From assembly GCF_009914755.1 (NCBI RefSeq), contig NC_060942.1: a DNA stretch of 64,000 bases. One strand, given 5' to 3'. Each line of letters starts with the position of its first letter. Positions within the stretch are counted from its first letter, which is position 1. Shown here piece after piece: positions 1-12,631 of the stretch. Made by a program: the position numbers and the translations under genes. The notes under the pieces are model-generated. The model searched no databases. It was not told the DNA's origin and worked only from the letters and a program-made list of their open reading frames with translations. The stretch comes from the human T2T-CHM13v2.0 reference genome, Homo sapiens.

Positions 1-1984
1 GGCTTGTTTGAGTGATAAAAGCTTGTTAGGAAATCATCTTTATGCCTTCCCTGCAATGCTTTATTTCGAGACCTCTGGGGAGACATGGGGTCCAGGAAAT
101 GGGTGGGGAGCATGTGACTGTGTGAGCGCAAGGACCCACGTCAGGGAGCAACTGTGTGCTTGTTTGAACACCAGCTAGCTGAAGGAAGAGGTTATTCAGG
201 TAATTGCTCAGTCCCTAAACGTAGCTCAATTTCCTTTTGTTATATTTGCATAGAAAAAGAGCTGTTCAAGGGAGGAACCAGAGCACGAAAAAGCTAGTAT
301 TTCTCTTTTGCCAATAGGAAAAACAGATGCAAGCTCTTCTTGACTTAGTATCCTTCACTACAGAAAGCCCTTTTATGTTTTTGTGGATAAACATAGATTA
401 TTTTCCACCCCCTTTCCTCCTCTTTCAAGGTGGCTATCTGACTCCATGCACCTATTTAGTATTTATCACTGTTGTGATATTTGTGCTTTCTCATTTGCCC
501 AAATGGGAGAAGCAAATGAAGTAGGTATCATGATCACTGTGTCTTGGTGGGAGGAAAGACATGACATCTGAAATTAATGGGACTAATGTAAGGATTGATA
601 TTTTCATATTTGCTCAATTGCATCCTGGGTTAAGCACATTCAACAGGTAAAGAATTCACTGTCTAATTATAATTCTTCTTTCAAAAAAGAAACCCATAGT
701 GCATAAAAAAGAAGTGTAACCAATGTCAACACTGGAAGGGAGAAACAGGTGCTGGCAGACAAATGTCCTGACATGGGGCCACATTGCTATGCCTTGGGCT
801 GGCTATGGCCACCTGGGTCCTTGAAGACCACTGTCAGCCCACAGGCAAAGTCCTGTAGGCCCTGACACCCCCAGGGTTGGGGCCGATGGAGCCAGGGTCA
901 CCCGCATGCCAAAGCTCCTTCTGGCCCAAGAACAGGGAAATGAGGAAAGTCCACAGTCAGAAGTTACGCAGCCAGATGCCAGGGAGGTTGAGTAAAACAG
1001 AATATTTTGTTTGGTTTGTTTTCATGCCAAATCTTCCCAATTTATCTGTGTTTGTCTTTTTTAAAAAATACAAGTTTTTAAAAAACTAGCAAAAGATATG
1101 GGCCAAGAAATTGAGATCCCCGTAATTCTTTGTTTAGTCTGTAAGGCAGAGTACATTTGCATCTGAAATTAAATGGCCATTGAATAAACACAGGGACTCA
1201 ATATTTGTAAGGGCACTAATGTTTGCAGATGTCTGCAGTTGTTAAGGGCAAGCCAAGGAAACAGGAAATGCTGGGACTCATATTTTTTTTCTGGAAGAAA
1301 TGGGCATTCCAAATGCATCCTATATAACCTTTTCTTCTTCTTCTTCTTCAGGTACATCCATAATAGTTTCTGAAAGGTATTCAATCCTGGTGGAGAGCTG
1401 GAGATGTGTTTATGCTGGGGGTTGTTAAATATATTTACAGCCTTTTCAGAGAGTTCCGTGGGGGTTCGTCAGTGGTTATTTATTAGTCTGCTTCAACATC
1501 TGCTGGCTGGAAAATAATCTGTCCAAGGCAATTCACAGGAACATTATAAATTGCTTCCGATTATAATGAGCAGTAGGAAAGGTAATTTGAGGGAAATTCC
1601 ACGCATGTTAGTTACAGCGTGTCAGAAGCAAGATCTGGTGTGAAATGCCCAGAGAATCAGTGTCTGCTGATAACAGTTATAAGATGGAAGGTTCTGGGTG
1701 TCTCGACCGTGTTTTTCTTCCTGTCTCACTTCTGGGCTTGCTGGGCAACTTGCCTGCTTGCTGGGGTTCTTTGGAGCCTGTGGGCACCTTCATGTGGGCA
1801 CTGAGCAGAGCCAGCCCTGCCCCTTCCTGCAGGCACTGCCAGCGGTCCCTGAGTGGAGGTGGAGGTGGAAACCTTGAGTGTTGAGGCCCCTGGGGGCTGC
1901 TGCATTCTAGTTTCCAAGACAGAGTCTGCAGAGCTGTGGCAACCCTCAGAGGCCCACACACACCTCCAAAGCCAGCCCGACCCC

Positions 1985-2480
1985 GCAAGGCACTCTCACC
2001 GGGGTATAAATTGGTGCTGCCATTTTGGAAGACATTGGAGGAAAACGCAACAAAATGTAAAATGTGCAGACCAATCTCCTCAGCAGTTTAGACCAATGAC
2101 AACAATAACTATTCAAGGACACTCATTGCAGCAGTGAAATGCGTGGTCCACTTTAAGTTGCTTATTATAATACTGAAAACTTGGACTGACATTAACCAGT
2201 GCCAACAATAGGGACTTGGTTAAAGAAATTACAGAAGGAAATTCACTCTATACTGTTCAGTGGAAAACAATCAGTGAGAAGCATTTGCTCATATATGCAA
2301 AAGGGTGTGCACACTTGGGTGTGTGTACCGAGATTACTGGAAGAACAGTGTGAAGAGTGGTCTCCTCAGGTGGTGGGAGTCCCAGCTTCCTTTGTGAGAC
2401 ATGAGCATGTGGAGACTAGAACTGGTCTTTCTCATAGAAAGACTGTTGGTTCTGGTGTTCCGCACTCTGCACATTTCTAC
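1985..2480 (+). mobile_element. Old L1 (L1ME-like) 3' fragment
   Basis: Degenerate L1 3'-end phrases such as 'ggggtataaattggtgctgccattttggaagac' and 'ttaaccagtgccaacaatagggacttggttaaagaaatta'; highly diverged, boundaries approximate. Confidence 0.55.
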
Positions 2481-2637
2481 TAATAATTAAAATACTTACT
2501 GCCTCTGAGATGCCTCCGGACACCCTTCTGAATCACAGTGTTCAGAAATGCTCTCTAAATCAGGAAGGTGTGGATGACCTTTGGACCTTCCCTGGTGTGA
2601 GGAGTTTAGCACACTGAGAGTAATATATGAAAAAGAC

Positions 2638-2969
<332 letters not shown>

Positions 2970-3269
2970 TCAAGTTCTACTTATATAACAGCAATGCAGC
3001 TCTCTTCATAAAGCTGGCTGTTGTGTAGTTTATGTTGGGGAATCAGTTCATGGTTTAAAAAGTTCTGTCAATGCAGAGAACAAGCCGGTGTGTTTTATGG
3101 AGAGGCTGTTTAATCTCCACTGTGAGACAGTAAATATTTGGCTGTTGCATCATCGTGAAGCTTATGATCACAGTCTGGCGCCATCTCCCTCCTCGCCTGG
3201 AGTCTGATCTGTCCCGGCCCAGTGTCCTCCAGGACCCTGGCCCCTCATGCCTCCGTGCTTGCGCGTGTG

Positions 3270-3500
3270 CCATTTCCTCTCTCCAGAGGACCTTTCCTGC
3301 CTAGGACTCATCATTGTCCCCTCCCTGGTAAGCCATCCCCGACCTTCCAGGCAGAACCTGCTGGCTTCTCCTCAGCACTTTGCATGGATTTCTGTCACAG
3401 TCCTGGGTGCACTGTGTCGCCCTCTCTATGTGTCAGCCTCCCGTCCCCTACCGTGGGCTCCTCCAGGGAGGTGTGGACATTCATCCTCTTCCAGGCAGCC
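3270..3500 (+). mobile_element. L2 fragment
   Basis: L2 3'-type text 'ccttccaggcagaacctg...ccgtgggctcctccagggaggtgtggacattcatc'; very diverged. Confidence 0.4.
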
Positions 3501-4594
3501 CTCAGGAATCCAGGGAGAAGATAAGGAGGCGGGGCGGGCGGAGGGGGGTGCTCCACACACTCAGAACACTTTCCTCTGCACTTACTTCATTCTGGTTTTT
3601 CTTTTGGGTCCTTGGTGTTTTTAAATAAACCCTTTCCTGTAGTTTGCTCCCCTTCCATGGAGGGCTGTTTCGAGCACAGATCTGCTGGGTGTCTGTATTT
3701 ACAAAGAGAAGGGGCCACTCGTGTGTGAGCAGCACCGAGGGACAGAGGTACCTTGCCTGCTTGTGTCCCCTCCAAGTCCTTCTGATATTTTCCTTTCCAG
3801 CTGTTGCCTAGTTTCCTGGTATTAAGGAGAATCAACTCTCTGGATAAACGTGGTAAATATGGCCCATAGTCCCATCTTTTTACAGGCATTTTTTACACCT
3901 GGAGCAGCCAGAGGACGCATGCATGGCTCTTCGGAAGGTAATTTAGGGATCACCCATGTAAGTTTCCTAAGGATTTCTTTAACATGGTTCTTCTGATTCA
4001 GTCCGGCCAATTAAATCTAAATCCACCCCTGAAAGCCATCTGGTGTGGATAACAAGCCCACAAATGAGCAGTCAGCTTTTTGTGCCCTTTAGGGCCTGGG
4101 ACAACCACGGGATCTAAAAGGGGCTGGAACTAGAGGTCTTGAGCTCCTGTTCCTAAAATCATCTTCATCCTATATCTGCAGCCTTCTCCTGCCACGGCAT
4201 GCACCCACACATGCGAGCCTCCCGGGTACTGTCATCCTGAATTCTGAGACCATCCAGCACTTCCTTTAGTTTTGCCCTGGTGCTGTTGACTTTTGTTTAC
4301 TGAAGAGTGTGCTGGAGGCAGGACAAGGGACATGGAAGGCTGCAATTTAAGAGTCTAAAAGGTTTTAGAATCCTGAAGGAGGTTTAACAAGCTGAATTGA
4401 AGAATAATACCTTTCTCAACTGGAGAGAATTTACATGATTGCATTATTGTTAAAATTAACATCTCATCTATTAAAAGCATTTGTAGATTATCTTTGTACC
4501 TTCACTTTCTTTGTCTGCCTTACATTAGGTCTCAGAGGTAGATTGGTGGAGTCACCTGGAGTTTGTTGGTGACTTGGGGTTTGGCTGGCCTGCG

Positions 4595-4775
4595 GAGTCA
4601 GCCAGACTCTAGCTCTGATCCAGATTCTGCCCTTTATCTCCTCTGTGCCCTTGGGAAAGTCAGTGAAACTTTCTGAGCCACAGTTTCTCCAATAAGGAAA
4701 AACGACCGCCAACGGGGCTACCTGTTGAGCCCTACCTCCAACAGGGCTGCTGGGAGGATTAGCCAAAGAGATGTC
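4595..4775 (+). mobile_element. MIR SINE
   Basis: MIR core 'ctctgtgcccttgggaaagtcagtgaaactttctgagccacagtttctcc'. Confidence 0.7.
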
Positions 4776-4846
4776 TGTGAGGGAAACCAGCACAGACTCT
4801 GGCATGGAGTATGTACCCGGGGATACCAGGACGAGGCCTGCCCCGA

Positions 4847-4911
4847 ACGTGCAGGCCCACATACGTGCATACGTGTGGACGTGCACATGCATGCACACAG
4901 TGTGCACACAG
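4847..4911 (+). promoter_or_regulatory. Candidate hypoxia-response element cluster (4x RCGTG)
   Basis: ACGTG 4847-4851, TACGTG 4862-4867 and 4870-4875, GACGTG 4878-4883, followed by CACAG at 4896 and 4907; motif match only. Confidence 0.4.
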
Positions 4912-7254
4912 GGTGAGGCACCGTGAAGCTGAGGCCGCACTTCTGGGCTTTCAGCCTTGGCATTGTGGTTTCCATCGCTGGGCCTGCTATGAAGCCACGC
5001 TGCTTTTCAGAAATACCTTCAGAAATGAGATTGGGAAACTTTAGTGAAAAACGTGTTGATTGCCTGAGGCACTGCTCTGCCTCCGGGCTGTTTTCCTGGA
5101 GTGTGATTTCCCCGTCAGAGTGCTGCAGTGGGCCAGGGACTTGTCTAGGGTGCCATGGAGGCACAACTGTTGATTATGTTAATAGGATAAACAAACCTTC
5201 TTTGACACCATAAATAGCAGACGCTGTGCTTTCCTCCCCACCTCCTGGGCAGGGAAAATATTTGAAGCTGGAAGGAATTGAGCCCTGAGCTTAATACAGT
5301 TACAGACCCAGAAAGAAAACAAAGATGGGTACAAAGATGTGTTTTCAGGAGACAGAAAATTGTGAAATCAACCCATCAGTCGGCCCAGGACTGGCTCACC
5401 TTGAGTGGCTCCTGGTACAGTGACTGCTGTGGATGGCAGCCTGCATGGTGGATGGGAAAGCGGAGTTCGTGTGGGAGACAGAGCTCTCGCGAAGCTGTGC
5501 TGTTTTCTCTTAAGTAGGCTAGAATGGAGGACAACTTACAGGTAGACCTAACTGCAACCTGTTGACAGTGAAGCTAAAGTCCGAACACACCCGTCACCTT
5601 TCAGAGGACAGACAGAAGCCATCTTTATAATAGTGATTTTGCACAGACCAAGGAGAGGCTAGGTCCAACCGTTTCAGCTGCCGCCAGGAAAAAGGGTCCA
5701 ACTCCCTGGAGCACATCAGAAGGTTAGACGTCATGGCAGGTGATGGTTTGTCTTTTTTTTTTTTTTTTTTTTAATGTGCTCCTTTTATTTTCCAAATTTT
5801 CTAAAATGAACAAGTATTACTTTTATAATTGAAAGTATTATTAGAGAAAACATACATTAAACTTTCTTAGAATGTAAACATCCACTGTGTGAAGTCAGTC
5901 CCAAAGTTTTAACGGCCACGCAATCTAGCCTTATCCAGTGGTGCTCCCCAGAAGGTCCTCAGCTGAGAGAGTGGGGTGGTGTTAGTGGCCTCCTCTTGAT
6001 GGCCCAGCTGATTGCAGGGGATCTCTGGGATGCTGCTGATGGAGTACCTGGGAAGATGGCTCCAGGACTCTGAAGGGCTGCGTGTTTTTGATCTTGCTCC
6101 CCGAGCCCCAGCCTCTTTGACCACATCATTGAGCTGCGCACGTTCAGGGCAGACGCCTGGAACTGGAGAACTCTAGGGAAGCAAAGGGGACTCCTCGGGG
6201 ACTCTGATCTTTATGTCCAAGTTATATATCAACGAATCCTTTTGGCAACACCAAAATGTATGGTGAGCCCTTAGTTAAAGTGTGGGAAAACATGAAAATG
6301 ATCAAATATGAAGTTTGCAGATTAAGACCAATTCAATGGCCCTCCATTGACCAGCGAGAGAATCATCCTGTGTCATCTTGTCTTGTCCTGCTGGGATCCA
6401 CTAATGGCTTTCTCCTTTATGGAGTCCTGTGCTGAGGCCAGCAGTAGCTCTGGTTACTCTTCCACACACACACCTTCTTCTAGCAGCCGGCCATGAGCAG
6501 TGCGGTTTCTTAGCTGCAAACAAGCTGCGGGAACTGAGGAGGGTGGGAAACTGGCGGGGCAGGAAAGAGACAGGAGATGTTATGGAGCCAAGCAAGCTAA
6601 TTTATGACACCAAGCATACTCAGTGCCTGCTGTGCACAGGTCACAGTGGGGTGGAGCCTTCCAGGGGTGGAACATGTAACCACAGCTCAAAAGTCAGGGA
6701 AAGCCAATGGGGCAGGATGGAGGCTGGGAAGGACCCAACAGGTGAGAGTCAGTGGGCTTCATTTGGGAAGTCATAGTCACAGAGCTGTCCTCAATCCTAA
6801 GCCAAGAGGGAGTTTCTTAGCAGCAGCAGTGAAGGATAGGGTCGGGATGCAGTGTTCATAACTGTGGGATCACAGGCCCATTACCTTCCCCCTCTGGACC
6901 TAAGTTCCCTACCTGTGAAGTGAGAGCCTGAGGCTGTTCGGGATTAGGGCAGATGGTTTAGCCCCTGCTTGGTGGGGAGTGGGTGGTAAAAGTCAACAAC
7001 AGTTGAGGCAGGGGACTGGGTTTATGTTCACAGATGGAGAGATGGGTGCATTCAGCCTGGACCCAATGGCTGTCACTCATCAAGTGGAAGGTCAAGGGGT
7101 AAGGGAGGGGAGTTCAGTGAAGCAGCTCTGCCGGGGAACCAGCAGGCCAACTCCACCACTAACTGCTGCTCGGGAGTAATTTGTCTAACTGAAGTGGCTC
7201 AACAATAAAAGATTGAAGATGGCCTCCCCTCCCCCCTCCCCTCTTGCTTGCCTG

Positions 7255-7450
7255 ACAGAGTCTTGCCCTGTTGCCCAGGCTGGAGTGCAGTGGTGCAATC
7301 ATAGCTCATAGCAGCCTCAAATTCCCAGGCTCAAGCGATTCTCCTGCCTCAGCCTCCTGAGTACCTGGGACTACAGGTGTGCACCACCATGCCTGGCTAA
7401 TTTTTGCATTTTTTGTAGAGACAGGGTCTTGCTATGTTACCCAGCCTGGG
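7255..7450 (-). mobile_element. Partial Alu (AluJ/FRAM-like, mostly right arm)
   Basis: 'gacagagtcttgccctgttgcccaggctggagtgcagtgg...ctaattttttgcatttttt...acagggtcttgctatg'. Confidence 0.9.
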
Positions 7451-8255
7451 TGGTTTTTTTTTTAAATACCACACACTACTGCCATGTGATGTCACTGAAT
7501 AACACTGGTGGAATTACTCAGTACCCTGGCACAAAAGTAGTCCGTGTGTGCAGGGAACTTCATGCAAGCTCATTAGGCCTGATGCTGTCGGGCACGTGGT
7601 TCCCCCATCCGCCATCCCCACTTTCTCAGCTTAGAGAAAGCGGTGATCTCTGAGGATTCTGTCGCTGACATCAGTGAGGGGCTTGCCAGATGATGAAGCG
7701 GCACAGAAAGGCAGTGTCTCTGTTAGGTTATGAAATAGCCACACAGAAAGCCAGTTGGCTTGGAGAGGGGGTTTCACTGATCTCCCTTGACAGAGGAGTC
7801 CCCTTCTTTTTCATTTACAACACTTGAGATGAGAACATTTGACATTTTGGCTGGTGAGGTGACACTGCGCAGCTGTTGTAATTTTTGCCATCTTGAAATT
7901 TATTGATGCTAGATAAGATTGCAGTGGGCCCCGATGTTGACAAGTAGAGCTCTTGTGCCAGTGAGAATTGTGCATCTGTCTTCCTTTGTTAACCTGCTTT
8001 CCGTTACTGACTTTATTTCCATTAAGTCATCCTTTGAGGTAGGAAGGAAGAAAATGTACCACTTCGTCATTTACTCGAGTAGCATCCATTAGGGTCCAGT
8101 GATTTTAAAGTTACAGTCACAGATTCTGGGCTTCTTTGAAAGCTAAAACTATTTGAAAAATTAACTTTCTGCACAAGCTACTTGAGAGTAAAAACAATGT
8201 CTTAAACTTGTTAGATGATCCACCAGTGTCTAACTTTGTGCGTCTGCTGTATCAG

Positions 8256-9748
8256 TGTCACAGGATCCTTAGGGTGTTGCTTCACCCACTGGAAACCTTG
8301 TAGCCGGTGGCACCTTTGACTGAGTTTTGCTCAGGCCCACTGGGCTCGTTCTGCCCACTCGACCTGGCAGGCTGCACTTGGCTTTCAGTCCTGGCCCAGA
8401 TCCCACACCTGTCAAGGGCGAGCCAGGTGCAGAGTGGCGAGGGGTGCATGAGTGAGTGAGCGTGGAGTGTGGCCACTGTACATGGCCAGGCATGCTGTCT
8501 GCAATGGGGTGGGCAGCTCCTTGCTGTGGCTGGACCAGGCATACCACAAGCGGCTTCCACTGTGGACACCGGGGAAGATGGTGGTGCCCAGAAGTTTGGA
8601 AATGCTAGGAAGTGCAGAGCCCCAAAGAGGGTGTCACAGCCCTGGCTCAGGGAGCTCCTCCTATGTCTGGGCTCCCCAAAGGGCTGCAGCTTTTCTCTCA
8701 TTCTCTCTTCTCTCCTTCTTGTCACCCACAACATGGCAAGCAGGAGGGTGTGTTTCAGGCCTGTTTGTGTTACAGCTCTTTCAGTCCCACCATTCAGTAG
8801 GTCCTGAGTTCTTGTCCTGCATCCAGAAGAACGAGGTACCCAGACAACTGGAGGGTGAGCAAGTCAAAGAGGTGCTTTATTGAGTGACAGTATAGTTCTC
8901 ATGAGTCCCGAGGTGGGTAGCTCCTATCCACAGGCAGGTCATTCTGACAAATGCAGCTCTCAGCAGAGAGGAGACCCAGAGTGGGTGGCTCCTCTCTGCA
9001 GGCAGGTCATCTTGTCATCTGCCTGAGTCTGGCTGAGTCTGGGGGGTTTTATGGGCTTCAGAAGGGAGGAAGTAGATGCTGATTGGTCCATAGGCAGCCA
9101 TTGGCAGGCCTGGAAAAAGCACCGTAAGTTCTCACTCTGGCCAGAAGGTGGGGTTAGTCACCAGGGACCTGCCCCTTTCCACCCAGGAGCCTGTCTGCCT
9201 CCTGCTGCTGTTCATGGCATTCATGGCGCCCAGGCTGTTGGTGCCAAGGGGTGCCTGCAAGCCCAGGCTGAGCCACTTTCAGCACCCCCTTGGCCGCCTT
9301 CCCCTGCTTGTTGGCACCCAAAGTCCAGAAGGGGCCAAGGGCAAGGGGCTGGGATGTCAGTGCCACTCCAAGTATGTGCACACCTGGTCAGGTCGTAATA
9401 GTGCCTGGGCTCAGCCACAAGTTTGCTTCAAAATTGGAGTGGGTGCTGGGAGTGGGGAGAGGCCAGGCAGTGGGAGCAGGCACTTCCAAGCCTGCTGGGG
9501 CACGGGGTGGTTTCTGGGCCTCCAAGAGTCCAGGGGTGCAGGGATGCCCATGTCCACAGCTGTGGCTGGGGGGCTGCAGCTATGCCTGGGAGAGTGGGGC
9601 TCCTGCCCCACCAACTTGGAAAGGGTTAGGGCTCCCACCTGTTCCTGGCTCCTGCCTGCTCCAGGGAGCACACGGCCCCACCCATGCCTCCCCTGCTGCA
9701 GCCAGCATCATGGCAGCGGCCATTCTAGACAGGCCATTGCTGCCATCA
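8256..9748 (-). mobile_element. Solo ERV1 LTR, MER52A-like (~1.5 kb)
   Basis: On the - strand it begins TGATGGCAGC... and ends ...GGATCCTGTGACA (TG...CA termini), matching my recollection of MER52 ends; GC-rich body explains the ORF cluster at 8269-9783; CAATAAA on - near 8876-8882. Confidence 0.8.
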
Positions 9749-10719
9749 TTTGTACCTAATAAATATGAGATGGGATAATGCAAGGAATACTTTTTTCATT
9801 TTACCATCTCAAGATGGGGAATCTATTAATTATTTCATGAGTCCTAAAGCAACTTCTTGAATATTCAGCTCCCCAAAAGCAAACAGCTACTTAGCCTAGC
9901 TGATTCTACAGGGAGTTGCATTTCGCTTTTGTCACAAATGGATGCTGGTGTGTGCCTCACAAAGTCATAGTTGCATGTGGTGTGGGGGTGGGCTGGTTGA
10001 GATGGCATTATGATGTTTCAGAAAAGCTGTGTAAAGATGAGAAATATTTGCATCCAGACACAGAGGGAGGCACCATGCCAGCATGTAATTTGCCAAGCTC
10101 CCTGCTGGCAGTTTAAATGCCCTGTTGATTTTATTAAACATTCTTAATAAGAAGTTGGAGTTTTGTTTAGGCTAAAACCATAATGAAAACAGCTGTCTTC
10201 ATTTCTCAGAAACAGTGAGATTGTGCAAGGATGAGGAATCACGCTGGATAGTGGAGCTGCCATGGTCCCCAGCTGGGGTGCTGCCCATGGAAGGTACTGG
10301 GGATGTCCATCAGGTGCTTCTGGGAAAGGGCCCAGGAAGACCAGACGGTTCTGTTCAGTTTATTTTATTCACGGAGGCATTTTAATGGGAGAACAGATCT
10401 ATAATTGTGTTTTAACATTGTCTGAAAAAGGGAACTGAATCTGAGTGTCTGAGCTGTGAGCGTGAAACATAGAAAGGCCGTGGCTACCAAGAGCAGAGGA
10501 CAGTGGGTTCTGCTGGAAGAGGGAGGAAACTTAGAGAACAGACAAAGAGTTAAAATTAGCCCCGGCTGGACCATGTGTGCCGTAGACCAGCAGCACCCTA
10601 TGCAGCTGGGGCAGCCTTATTTTAGTCTGTCCAATTTTAAAGCTTCTGGCATTTGGTTGTCTTGCTTCCTTGTTTTTTCTGGGGAAGCCAGCAGCAGACA
10701 GGTCAAGAAGGCAATTTTG

Positions 10720-10860
10720 CCATCAAACAGAACTAGGTTCAAATTCAGGCACCACCACTTTAGAAGCCAGGGAAACTTGGGCAAGAGTCTTCATTTCTCT
10801 GAGCTGCATTTCTTCTGTATAATGGAGATGATAATTCTGCCTCGTGGATTCTTCTGAACT
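10720..10860 (+). mobile_element. MIR SINE
   Basis: 'ggttcaaattcaggcaccaccactt...cttgggcaagagtcttcatttctctgagctgcatttcttctgtataatggagatgataat'. Confidence 0.75.
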
Positions 10861-12631
10861 GCTGCCATCATCCGACTAGCATATTTTAATCCAGCAACGT
10901 TTTTCTTTCTTGGAGCATTGGCCACGTGCCCACACAGGAAGAAAGCAGACACAGTTGCTGTCTACAAGGGGGCAATGGGCTTACTATCTACTTAACATAA
11001 GACTTGAAAACAGATTACCACAACATGACAATGTAAGTTCTATCATGGAAAAGGGTTCCACCAAAATGTTATAGTGGTCTTGGAGGGAGAATAAGGGGCA
11101 GCTTCATGAGGAATATAAAAACACAGAGCCCTGAGCTGACAGACACACACTTCACATGTAATAGGCAAATGGTTTCATTCACAGAATTGTTTCATTTCTG
11201 TGGAGGGAAAGCTAGCATAGGAAAAAAACCTTCAACTGGTTGGTGTTACGCAAATTATGATGGATGAAAACAAAATTCTTGAACCTGTCATGGGTCTGTG
11301 GAGAGACGTAATACTGGGAGCTGCAGAGGGCTCGGAATAAGTCAAAGCTCGAGGGGCTAGAGGGTGTCTGGACGGCTTACATCATAAACACATGCTGTGA
11401 GAATGAGAAGGCGTCCCTGAGGACGGCCAGGAGGAAGGCTCAAGGCATGAGTGCTGGCGATGTTGATGCCATCAAGACGATGAGTCCCGCCGAGCAGCCT
11501 TCCACAGTGGGTTTAGGAAATGGCAGCCTTGGGAGCTGGCCCCTGCCAAAACGTAAGCCGAGGAAGATGAGAGGGGCCTGGCTGACAGCCCTCCGGCCAT
11601 CCAGATCTAGGGGCGGTGGAGAGAGCCTGGGAAGAGCGAGACTCCAAGTCCGAGTCCCGCTGTGAGTGGTGTCCAGAACCTGGCTCCAAGTCCCTTCCTC
11701 TGCGAGCAGGCAGGGCCGACTTCTGTTTGGGATGTCCCATTCTTTGCCTCCCTTGGGCCCCCTCCTATGAGTACAGATGCTGTCACCGTGGGCAGAGATG
11801 GCTGGCCACACCACCCTCCAGTCATGCCCCCTCTGTGCTCATTCTCATCACCCAGCCCAGGGGCTTGACCTCTGCCTCTGGGGGATAGCAGAGCACTGGG
11901 CCCTTCTTATCTTCCGTGTGCCTCCCCAGCAATTTTCTATGCATCTCTAAATTACACCCCTACGGCCAGTGCCACTTCCTAACTCGCCTCAGGACCCACT
12001 GTTTGACTTCACCTCCAACGGCCACGAGCAAAATAGTGTCATCGGGCGCCAACAGCAACCCTCTTTCTTCCCACCCTCAGCAATGTGGGGGCCTTTCCGA
12101 CAGAGCAGCAGCGAGGGTCCCCCACAACCCTGGGACAGCTGTGCTGACCTTCCTATCAGGGCCACCTTGTAGAGACATCTTGATTAAGTGCTCCTGTTGT
12201 GTGTCCTACCGAGGATCTGTTTTGTTTTTAGTCTGTGCACAGGCTCATTTGGCCCATGCTTGTGGGCCAGAACTGCTTGTTGACACAGAGCAAAGAGTGA
12301 ATCCTGCCAGGCTGCCGAGGCCTCGGCTGTCCCAGGGCACGTGTGATAAAGCTGAGAGCAAGGAGGTACTCTGAGAGCTCTGGTTTGCAGAAAGAGAGAA
12401 AAGACAGGATAGATGAAGAGTAGCCAAAACTCCGTAGAACTGGGGGGAGTTACTGAGCAGACAGGATGGCATCACAGAGTGTGCCATGGTGGGGTAGGAG
12501 GGCGGCCAACAGGGACAGAGGAGGGTCCTCTGCCAGGGAGAGAAACAGAGGGAATTTGGGGGAAACCAGTTGCAGACATGGGCTGAGAAGACCCTGACCT
12601 GCCATGAATATGGGCCTATCAAGTGAGCAGG

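Noticed and set aside
3222-3628. 125-aa ORF with a hydrophobic C-terminus and a downstream ATTAAA near 4470
   Set aside because: Overlaps a probable L2 relic and all three + frames are open, which points to composition rather than coding
8269-9783. Dense overlapping ORFs up to 203 aa
   Set aside because: They lie within the GC-rich MER52-type LTR and show no gag, pol or env similarity that I can see
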